Positions 13,203 to 23,911 of a stretch of DNA of 64,000 nucleotides are shown here, one piece after another. Below the pieces are notes generated by a model. The model had not been told where the DNA came from and did not search any database. It was given only the letters and a program-made list of their open reading frames with translations. The position numbers and the translations under genes were made by a program. Position 1 is the first letter of the stretch; each line of letters starts with the position of its first letter. Origin of the DNA: Eledone cirrhosa (lineage: Eukaryota); contig OZ024742.1 in assembly GCA_964016885.1 (NCBI GenBank), forward strand, positions 158,410,001 through 158,474,000, given 5' to 3'.

Positions 13203-14303
13203 TTTTTTTTGATGGTTTATTTGTTTCCCTCTGTTTTTTGTTTTTGGAGGGGGAAAGAAGGGTTTTTTTTCTTTTTTGGTTTCTTTCTCTTTTTTCTTTT
13301 TTTCTGATACCGTTTCCCACTCCTCGTCGTCACAATGTGTCTCCAGTTGCGATAGGTCGGGGAGTTAAAATCCTCCACAGGCGTTGGTTTTGGTTGTGGC
13401 GTGGTGGATGGTGTAGGCGCTGGTGGTAGTTATTGCGCGTTGGGTGGTGGTGGTGGTGGTTTTGCTACTGTTGCTTGGGTTGTTGCTGTTACAGTGGCTT
13501 CTGTTGTTGCTGCTACAGTTGTTGATACCATTTTTGCTGCTGGTGGTGTTGATGGTTGAGTCACTGGGGTGGGTAAGAGAGATATCCTCAACCTTTTAGC
13601 GTGTAGTCGTCACTTCTTAATGGGGCCATGGAGTATTCCTGGCCTCCTGTGGTGTTTCAAAGAACACGTCCACGGTTCCACACGTCTGATGTGGGTTTTT
13701 TTTGCCCACACATGTCCCAAAGCTTTTTGGATTTGGGACTCGGATGTCCGTTCCACTCGGCGCGATTTTATATTAATTGTTCGATAAGAAACGGTGCATA
13801 GGCGCCGATGCTCCATTTTATTAGGTGTATGGGGGGTCTGAGGCTGACCCTGTAGCCATCTTTCTTTACCATTTTTTTGGCTTCTTCTAATTCCTCCTGA
13901 GTTACCTGCAATGCTTCGCACTTTTTCGCTACTCTGGCAAAAGACAGGGTTTTCTTATTCTCATTGTTGCTGTTGTTGTTATCGTTATTTTTGTTATTGT
14001 TAATTTTACTTTCAGTTGTGGTGGTGGTGGCGTCAGTGGTGTTCGGTGTGGAAGAGTTCATTTTGGCTGAATCCGTTTCGATATCACGAGATAATTTATT
14101 TTTTCTTTTGTTTCTGTTGTTGCTGTGGTGGCGTCAACACCTGCAGTCATTAGTAATGGCTGGAAATGAATGTCTGCCTGAGACAAATTTAAAATATTGC
14201 CACTGCTTATATTTTTAGTGTTGGCAAAAGGAATAATATTTACAATGGTGGTGTCGGTGTGAGGTCTTATTTTGTGAGGAAGGTGTGGCTGTGAGTCGTC
14301 CAT
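12729..14303 (-). pseudogene. Copy A ORF1 remnant
   Basis: N/T-rich N-terminus, LSFARVAKK, YRTINIK, IRRVE.G segments resembling ORF1 of copies B/D; ends ...R-stop before the ORF2 ATG. Confidence 0.7.
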
Positions 14304-14515
14304 TATTTTTCAAAGAAATTTTTTGTTTGATAATTATAAAAGTTTAAATTTTGGGCTCAAGGCCCCAATCTTTTTGAGTGTCCTTTTCCGAAAGCGAATT
14401 TGTGACATTATAAACAGTTAACAACAAAAATTTTCCATAAATGGCAATTTTAATCAAACGAAAACAACAAACGTTTTCGGAGCTCACGATGATACGATTT
14501 CCTACATAGGTCGCC

Positions 14516-14578
<63 letters not shown>
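14516..14578. repeat. (AAT)n microsatellite at the 5' flank of Tx1 copy A
   Basis: ~21 pure AAT units. Confidence 0.95.
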
Positions 14579-14599
14579 CCAACGTGAAATCGAGAAATC

Positions 14600-14920
14600 T
14601 ATAGAACGTAGGAAATGATCCGTGACATATAGTTACGGCCCTTTACACTCTGAGTTCAAATCCAGCCGCGGTTAGCTTTTCTATAAAATAAAGGAGCAGT
14701 AATGCACTGGGTCGATTTAATCGACTTTCACTTCACCACAAATTGTCGCTCTCGTGATTAAATCAGAAACCATTATTATTATTGTTATTATTGTTATTAT
14801 TAAAATCTCGCCGAGGTTAACTTTGCCTTTCATCCTTACGGGGTCGATAAAATAAAGTACCAGTAATGTACTGGGTAATTGCTGACCTTGCGCCTAAAGT
14901 AGAAACAATTATTATTATTG
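14600..14920 (+). mobile_element. Two tandem SINE copies separated by an (ATT)-rich tail
   Basis: CTGAGTTCAAATCC at ~14650; second core CCGAGGTTAACTTTGCCTTTCATCC at ~14811. Confidence 0.8.
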
Positions 14921-15639
14921 TTATGAAGAATAATGTAACCGACTTGACATCAGCGGTTACCTGTCGCAAATTTGTAAAACAATATGAATGTCTTTTAATT
15001 AAAAATAATTAACATTTTTTGTATACAAAAATTATCGCAACCTACACTACTGTAAATATACATATAAACCTCCATACTATACTAAATCGAATAACACCAG
15101 TTTAACCATTTATTAATTATTCAAGCTTCTGAACACTCTTAACTTTTTCATAAAATTTCAGTCGCAATTATCTTCGCTAAACAAAGTCAGTCGAGTGTAT
15201 TCAAACAGAGCGACAGTAAGTATAAACTGTTGCCGAATATCTTTTGCCATTCACTCGGGCAAACTCTTGAAGAAACTATTCCAGATGTGAAAGGGGAAAT
15301 CCATTCTTTTTCTGTCTTCAGAGCTTGATTTATTTTTGTTTAGATCTGAGGATACGTAACGAAAATGTGCAAAATTAATTTATGCCAGTTTTGGGGACAA
15401 ACATGTTATCCCTTATAATTCATGAAAATATTTCAAGGAGAATGTGATAAAAATTGTTTATGCGACGCCTCTTTCTATTCAACCTGTTTCCACATAGGTG
15501 TACTATGTATGGTCCCTTAACTCCTAATAGAGTCACAGGGACGGATCCCATCTCTTTCCACACCTGAATACAGCAGATTTCTTCAAGAGAAAGATAGAAG
15601 GAGGAAACGAGAAAGAGACATAGAGGAAGAATCGAGATC

Positions 15640-15786
15640 AGTACTAGACTGGTACTTTTTTATCGATTTCGAAAGGATGAAAGGCAAATTTGGCCTCGGC
15701 GGGATTTGAACGGAGAGAGCAGAGAGCCGGCACGAATATCATAAATCACTCTATCCGACATTTTGAAGACTGCCAATTCGCCGCGT
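15640..15786 (-). mobile_element. SINE copy
   Basis: GAAAGGATGAAAGGCAAA...GGCGGGATTTGAAC...TGCCAATTCGCCGC. Confidence 0.8.
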
Positions 15787-16467
15787 ATTCCACATAAGTA
15801 AAAGAAATATTATAAAATAAAACAGAATTGTATGTAAATTGCATATTAACACCTTTTCAGTTAGATGATGGGTTGTGAAGCGTTTCAAGAAAACCTCCTT
15901 TGCGTCAAGTGTATCAGCTAGTGTATAGAGGTTAAAGCAAATAAAGCCAGCATCTAAGAATTATCGCTTAACAAAGCAGATTGTATATTAGTGGAGAAAA
16001 AATAAAAATAATAGAATGGATACTAGATTCCAAATAGTAATAAAAGTTTATATCAAATGAATATAAGAATTTACACTTTCTCTTGGAATGGAGAGTCTCA
16101 AGGAATGGTTGATTTCCACATTGCATTATCTATTTTCTACGAAAAATATTCTCTTTCACGCAACAATCTATTATCTTGGGAAAGAGGTGAAAACTAGGAG
16201 TTAAATGCATTTTATTGTCTGTCGTATGGTTAATAAGAATTATTTTTACATTCACTAGTGATTAAAAGAGCGACCGAAGAATATCTGATGAATGAATCAA
16301 AATAAAATCTATTCAAATTCTATTTATAAAACCATAGAGTAATTGAGGCAAAGCAAAAGAATATAATTAAAATTATCATTCCAGCGTAAATTCTACTTTG
16401 AAATACATCTTTAGAAATAAAACCACTGGCAGGGTTTTCTTGTAAATCTTTGAAACAACGCTTCCAA

Positions 16468-16647
16468 AGAGATCTGGTAAACACACTTTTGAAAGATTAC
16501 ACACACACATGTACTTACACACACACACGCACACACACACACTGTCACACACACACACACACGTATGTATATGTGTGTATGTGTGTGTATGTATTTATAT
16601 ATATGTGTGTGTGTGTAATCTTTCAAAAGTGTGTTTACCAGATCTCT
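16468..16647. repeat. Inverted repeat (33-bp unique arms extended by CA/TG) around a CA/TA microsatellite
   Basis: AGAGATCTGGTAAACACACTTTTGAAAGATTAC ... GTAATCTTTCAAAAGTGTGTTTACCAGATCTCT. Confidence 0.9.
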
Positions 16648-16684
16648 TATATATATTTATATATATATATATATATATGTATAC

Positions 16685-16728
<44 letters not shown>

Positions 16729-17639
16729 AACCCGAACTAAGACATTTATTTTGAACGAGACTGATATAAACTACATAACGAATATGAGCATTGGGGGGTT
16801 TCAACACTAAAATGCTTCATTTTTACTGGCGCTCATGAGAGCAAATTTCATTAACTTTTTCAGTGTGATGGAAATAGAATTTATAAATCAGAAATGTACA
16901 CCTTGAGACCAAGTTTATTTCTGAATTATAACAATTCACAATTCTGTCCGCTTTTGTTTATTTCGCTTCGGTATTAAAGAATATATTAGAAATAAATAGC
17001 AAAAAGCAATTATGTTTAGCTGAAACAGAAAATTAGAAGAGAACATAGAGACAGTTTGTTTGCAGCAGGGATAATGATTTCGTTTCCTCTATCAACATAG
17101 CCTGTGGCAAAATGGAAATAAAAATATGATAGAGATTATTTTGAAATGATCACGATGCGGTTAGCATATGTTAGGTGCGATTATGTTAATAAGGATAACG
17201 ATCATGAAGAATGCTTTTCTTAGTTTTCTTCGTTTAGCTAATCACCACCCAGTGACGCAGCTACGCAGTTTAGCTTGAAGACGGAATGGGGAATAGTCTG
17301 AAGATTCTACTATCATGCAAATCATAAAGATACTGTGTAAGGGAATTCCTGAAGTTAATTATGAATTGTGTTGGTGGTTGTGTAAAATAAGACGTTTTAT
17401 TGTGCTCGCTCTATATAAAAACCTATTGTCGATTTGTGTGTCTGTCCACTGCTACTGCCGATATGTCAACCACAAGATATTGTATATAACTTGATATTAA
17501 ATATAAGAGATAAATAAAATTGTATCGGAACCAGTTCAAAATACAATTCTGACCAAAATGTAATGTTCAACTTTTAAGCAATTCACTACCAAACTAGTCA
17601 CCAATAACATCCCCCCCCACACACATATATATATATGTG

Positions 17640-17682
<43 letters not shown>

Positions 17683-19727
17683 TAAACAAGAAAGACTGTT
17701 TCAATTGTACATCCCTGTTTAAAGACGTAAGGTCGTTTTATAACCACTGCCCTACGTGTTCTCTTCAGAAAAAAATCCAAACGAGATGTAAATATCCATT
17801 GATATGTTACCGGTCATACGTGTTATGCCCTTTGCCAACTAGTAAATATATATCCGAAAATCTCAAGTAGCAGTTCCTATATGTGCGGGAGATAGATATT
17901 GCAATTGGCGTTGCTGCTTTTGAACTGGCCGGAGGTATCAAGTTACCAGATTTGTCGCTTGATTCATAGTAAGGCATGTATGAACTGTTAGTCGATTTCT
18001 TTATTTTTTATACTAGATTTTATTCCCTTAGATACTAATTCTAATTTTAGATAATTGTACTTTGATGCTGATGTTATAATGTATCTATATATTAATGAAT
18101 GTTTGATTAATTATTTGGTGGTCTATTTTACATTATTTAAGTTTTAACCATTTACTTTACGAAATATCTTATTAATTTGTGTAAACAAGAATTAAATTTT
18201 TGAGGGCGCTTATTAATAATGTTATATCTACAATTTACGATGTGTAGAGTCTCTGTAGTACAGAGGTCACACCCCCTAGACATAGATCCATTCATATATG
18301 GAAAAGCATGTGAGAGTTTTAACCCCGAAAGGGAGTATTCCACTTGTATATTTTTAGCGACCAAATCAGCTCTGACAGGGCCGTGCTAGGTTTTTTATTA
18401 GCTCTTTTAAATGAGTGGCCATGGTTTAACGACCGTGCCTTAAATCTAGTATGAGTTGCACCAATATATCTATAAGTCTTACTACTCGATTTTACTTCAC
18501 CTTCATAAACAATATTTTTATGTAAGCAGTTATTTTTCATTGCGAAACTATTACGATTTCTGCAATTGCAATTATTTACGTTACCATTCATTGCTCCCTC
18601 CCTGTATCTGTGGGTCTGATGGTTTATCTTATTTATGTTAATGGTGTTATCCCTGTCATCCGAGTTGCAGTCTACTCTATCAATGTTTCTGTGATTGCTA
18701 TTTTGAGTTATCTCTTTATGTTTAATTTCCAGATTTCTATTGTTCATTTTCGCTATATTCTGGGCTATGCTTTTGGTTGTTTAGTAAAAAGGTTTAATTG
18801 TGTCAATTATAGATTGGACTATATTTATATGATCTAGGAAAACATTTATCTAGTGCGTTAAAAAAAGCCTAACTATGTATTTTGTAGTCCAAAGGAGTGG
18901 GGTGGATTTTACCACAGAACGGAGCGGGATCTAACCCTCTTATTTCACTTTATGATGGTATTTGAATTATATCTATTTGGAGCCGGGTTTGTCCCATATC
19001 TATTGTTTTGGGCTCGAGTATCCTCATTATTTCCATCACCGTTAATTGTGTGTATGTTAGTGTTTATATCTATGGTTTGTTTGTGTCTATCAGTGGGTGT
19101 GTAAATGTTTCTATCTATATGCATGTATTCAATTTTGTCCTGGTAATCTGCTCTAGCTAATGCCTTACCATAGTATCTGGCCTTGCCATCGAAGATTTTC
19201 CTGTTAGCTGAGAATCTAGAGATTCTCTGTTCTACATTTTTGATTATGGCCTTCTTAACGTTTCTATGGTGATTTGAGAAGTAGCTAACATAATTTAGGT
19301 TTTCATTTAATTTGTGGTATGGGTAGTGTAAATCAGAATTAAGATTTAGCGATATATCGAGAAAGTTGGCTATTCTATCGTTATTTCCTATTTCTAGCTT
19401 AACACCGTAATTGTTAAAAAAAGTATATTATTATTTTCTTTTTCCTATTTAGGACACTATTGTTATGGTTAATTAAAGTGAAAAGGCGTTATCGCGTTAC
19501 AAACCTCCACCCATTTCTGGCATCCTTCTTTTAATTGGGTGTAAGATGTAAACTCCCAATTAACTCCCGTAACCTAAGCTGAGTCTGTAGATCCCATAGC
19601 GATGTCGAAGTTTTCAATTCTGTCCGCTCTAGTCCATAATATATATATGATTAAGGGTGGTCTTCCGAAGGAGCTCAGAGGAAAAACATAGTTACATAGG
19701 TATTCGATACATTAGTAGAGAATGAGC

Positions 19728-19730
<3 letters not shown>
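17683..19730 (-). mobile_element. Penelope-like element remnant (RT + GIY-YIG endonuclease) between TA/TG microsatellites
   Basis: CNCR...NCLHKNIVYEGEV...YRYIGAT.TRFKAR..NH..SF, STALSELIW, CDLCTTE; RT remnants FDIAMGS.DSA and GL.RD near 19480-19610. Confidence 0.85.
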
Positions 19731-19788
<58 letters not shown>

Positions 19789-19824
19789 TTTGGGTGTATA
19801 TGTGTTTGGGTGTATGTGGTTTTT

Positions 19825-20022
19825 GACTCAGGCACAAGGCCAATAATTTTGGAGGGGGGAAGTCGATGAAATCAACCCCAGTGCATTGCTAGTATTTTAT
19901 TTTATCGACACCGTAAGGATGAAAGGAAAGCTAACCTCGGTGAGATTTGAACTCAGATCGTAAAGGGTGATAACTCTATTCCGCAAAGCATATTCCGACA
20001 CTCTACCGATACTGCAATCCAG
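19825..20022 (-). mobile_element. SINE copy
   Basis: Core TTTATCGACACCGTAAGGATGAAAGG and GATTTGAACTCAG. Confidence 0.8.
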
Positions 20023-21003
20023 CACCCTTACAAGTCTATATACTAAAAACATGTGAATTGTATACCAGCAGTGCGTTTATATACTGATTTGGCAGCTGTT
20101 TCTATTAATATACATGCAGTTTCCTTGTTGGTCGGAGTTACACTGAAGGTAGTTTGGGGGAGATAATTTTTCAATAACTTGTATTTAGATAATATGTATT
20201 TAGATAATATTTCACTTATTCAGAATATTTTTCGATAATTTTTATATTTTATTTAATATGCGTTGGTAATACTTTTATATTTTATTTAATATGTGTTGGT
20301 AATACTTCAATAACTTTATTTAGACACTTTAAATTGTGTTTTATTATAGACACTTCAGTTGTTTGTACTTTCGTGTAATAGATTTCTGATAGATGTTTCC
20401 TTCATCCTTCGCATTTTATAGGTGTGCTTAAATCTATTTTGTTTAAAATTATGTGTATAGTGAATTTATATCCGGTTTTAATTATCTTTTAATTTTGGTT
20501 ATATATTAGCTTAGCCGATGGCTAGGCGCCATTAGTTTGTTCGGGTTTACGGTTCGTTAGGAATTAGATAGGGTTTCGATTAGATTACTGGGGTGATAAC
20601 AAGATTTTCGTTCATTAAGCGGGACAGCTTTTAGATTAGGTTAATCGGTGATTCAAACATTTAGGTTTTGTGGGTGTAGAATCTGGTTGGTGTGCTTATG
20701 GTTTATTGAAAATTGAAGTGTGCAAACTATAATAGGATAGAGTATGAAGAACGCAACAACATTTTTATGTTATACTTCAATATATTTCACAGAAAACACA
20801 CTGAGGGTGTGGTATTGAGGCGAGCGGTTCGGTGTTGCTGAGGAAATGTGTCTGAAAGGGCTAGCTAGTATAATCATAACCAATCAACTTCATGCAACGT
20901 TCTCCTGTTGTTTATGGTAGGTCTCTGCTAGAGTGTATACTATGTACTTTCTCAGAAAATAATAATTATATTATAAATAAGTTTATTATTATTTATTGAA
21001 ATT

Positions 21004-21160
21004 AAGGTGGTGTATTGGCAACATCGGTGGAGCGTCGGACAAAATACATTGCAACATTTAGTTATGGCGCTTTATGTTCTAAGTTCAAATCCTGCCAAAG
21101 TTAATCGACTCTCCTCTTCCTTTCAAATTGCTGGCCTTGTACCTGAATGTAGAAACAATT
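21004..21160 (+). mobile_element. SINE copy with core deleted
   Basis: Head AAGGTGGTGTATTGGCAACATCGGTGGAGCGTCGG, B box AGTTCAAATCC, tail GCTGGCCTTGTACC..GTAGAAACAATT. Confidence 0.75.
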
Positions 21161-22971
21161 AGTATTTATTGAAATCACTATGATTTAGTTGCTTAAACAT
21201 TAACATCAAACTAAGGTCTATAAAATATTTCATGTGGTCATTCGGAGATTAGTGTCAGGTTTATTCGTAATCTTTCTACAGTGAATATAACGTGTACCAG
21301 GTAAATATATTTATTAAACCTTTAAAGATAATAAATAAATTCACCTTGAAAAATAAATTCACCTTGATATTTTCCTCGTAAATGTTTTCTAGTAGTGGAA
21401 TGGACCAGTGACAAGTTTATTGAAATGCTTACCCATAGACTTATGAGCTGAAGACGTTACTCACCTGGTCCCTTACGTATGAAGGCTGCAGTAAAGTTGA
21501 TAAGCTAATGGGTGTTCAGAAAATATTTCTAGTTTCTTAGGCTTGAATATACAGAATCGATAAATAAACCACAGCCTTTTAAATCCTTGACGTTCAGGGA
21601 GTTACCTGTCTCTTATTTTATTTATAATGTAATTGGATAGATGCGAGGATATTATTATCGTCTTTTATCATAGAAACGTCTTCAAGGTTTTCTGAGCAGG
21701 TTGAATAATTTGAACTTTAAAGCTATGAATCAATGTCGAGATGTGCATTGGTTTTAGCAATAGTGTTTGTTATACCTCTTTTCTCTATTGCTGAGGGAGT
21801 TTGATTATTCGAGTTTTAATCAAAGTAGAACATGTCATATCATTTCGATACAGAACATGGTTAGAAATATTTCTCAACCTAAATCCCCTTACCGTTCTCC
21901 CGGGGACTCAACAGAAATTGATGTTTAATCAAAAGAATGAAAGTACATCTATTCATTTTCCCATGAACAGGTTCAGTAAATTTTTCTATTAATCACAATC
22001 ACTTCATTACTGTCTTATTCACTGAAATATCGTCAATGATATCACGTGCACAAATATAGCTAAAGAAACAGTGGTCTTTATTAACACCCGATCTTCTTAC
22101 AACTAATCAATACGTTCTCGAGCTTCATATCATTCCAGTATCCGTGAAACTAAATCATATTGATACTGACTGCAAAGTTCAAAAACGTCCAATCAATGTT
22201 CTTGTCTCACTAATTGACAAGACTAGATTAAAAGAGAATAATGGAATGAAATAAAAAGAAAATTTATTTAAGAAGTGCTAACAATTACATCAAATCATAT
22301 TAGACTTTTACAGTTAAATTAAAACAGGCATCATTCAGTTATATTTCTTTATGCTGAAATTGTGTTTTATATTTAATCTCTTTGCTCAGATTATACGCAG
22401 TCTTCGTTAACGTCAGTGTCACTAACAGTCATAGTCAATTACACTTTACTACTTCATTCTTATATTTCAATTATTATTTGGTCCCGTTATATAGAAAGTT
22501 TCTAACGTCAAATATATTCTTCCATACGAATATTTTCCTTATATTTTTCTTTTATAAAAAAAATAATAGATGGTTTTTATTTTCTCACTAGAAAATTAAC
22601 AAATTGTATTACATGTATTCTATATAGATACGTAACGTCGTTGGGGCGTCGTAGTGGCATACAGCGTGTCTCGTGTATTATAAAGCTGGCAGAATTCATT
22701 CCCCTCTATGTGTGAACAGAGAAAATTTCTTCGAGAGAAAGAAATAGAGAGGGGATGAGACAGAAGAAGTGCGCAAGCTATATAGACGGAGAATTGACTC
22801 TAGTATTTAGTGGTGCTTTCTTATCGTCCTCAAAATTGATGTTAGACAAATATGACCTCGGTGGGGGTAACCTCATGAGGAATAGAGTCGGAACTAGTAC
22901 ACAAACCTTTCTATCCAACCTTCTGTCGACTCCGCCAATTGTCCACATTACATATGTATGCATATATATAA

Positions 22972-23325
22972 CTGTTTCTACTGTTCACACGAGATCAACA
23001 ATTTGAAGGGAAGGGGAAAGTCGATGAACTCGATCCCTCTGCATTACTGGTACTTTATTTTATCGACGTGGTAAGGATGAAAGGCAAAGCTAACCTCGGC
23101 GGGATTTGAACACAGAACGTAGATGGATGGGCTGTAACTCTATGCCACGAAGCTTATTGTCGGATGCCATGCTTTTCAGCATAGAGTTATGGCCCTTTGC
23201 GGTCTGAGTTCAAATCCCGCAGAGGTTAGCTTTGCCTTTCATCCTTTCGGGGTCGATAAAATAAAACAACAGTATTGCAATGGGGTAATTGCTGGCCTTG
23301 TGCCAAAAAGTAGAAACAATTATTA
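22972..23325. mobile_element. Head-to-head pair of SINEs (minus 22972-23165, plus 23168-23325)
   Basis: Core occurs in both orientations about 100 bp apart. Confidence 0.85.
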
Positions 23326-23375
23326 AAATTGTCAAACCTCATCTTACTCCTATTACTAAAATTACTACTGTTATT

Positions 23376-23397
23376 GCTGCTGCTGCTGCTGCTGCTG

Positions 23398-23458
<61 letters not shown>

Positions 23459-23488
23459 CACTGCTGCTGCTAATACTACTACTACTAC
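23376..23488. repeat. Compound (GCT)n(ACT)n microsatellite
   Basis: Read directly. Confidence 0.95.
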
Positions 23489-23877
23489 TTTTAACCTTGA
23501 TGTTGGTCGCACAATCAGCTAGAAAAAGCAGACAAATCTTCACATCATAGCTTATCGCCTTAAAAAAGGATAGAACAGATAATATGGACTTGAATTCCCA
23601 ATAGATCGGAAATCGATGAGAATTGAACAGCAGAAATACATTTAATCATAAATTGAATAAATTTAATGAATATGATGATAAAATAATGAGTATCTCTAAG
23701 TTGAAAACCAACATCAGCACAAAGTAGTGCTATGTTAAGCATAGTATAAAACTAGTCTTATATTGGACTACAAACATATAGATTTCGCCTCGATCGCCAG
23801 TACAGGCTGAAGAATCGGAAGCTTGGCAACGATTGCCCATATGAATTGAAGTATCTTTACCCCATTGACAAACACAG

Positions 23878-23911
<34 letters not shown>

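Larger units (their letters stand above)
8457..14512 (-). mobile_element. Tx1/L1-clade LINE copy A; rearranged (internal duplication and RT deletion), inserted in (AAT)n
   Basis: APE endonuclease (GSINARGL, ISETR, GDWD, YLDR, TDHK), RT (LDQSKAFDRVDH, VRQGCP, AYADD), C-terminal C..C..E...H....C, upstream ORF1 remnants; 3' AATAAAGAAAG then (ATT)n. Confidence 0.9.

Noticed and set aside
20830-20880. CTGAGGA...GAAA hammerhead-like boxes
   Set aside because: Stems do not pair convincingly.
20238-21370. Short local tandem duplications (~34 bp at 20238-20305, ~18 bp at 21332-21368)
   Set aside because: Ordinary slippage duplications in AT-rich DNA.
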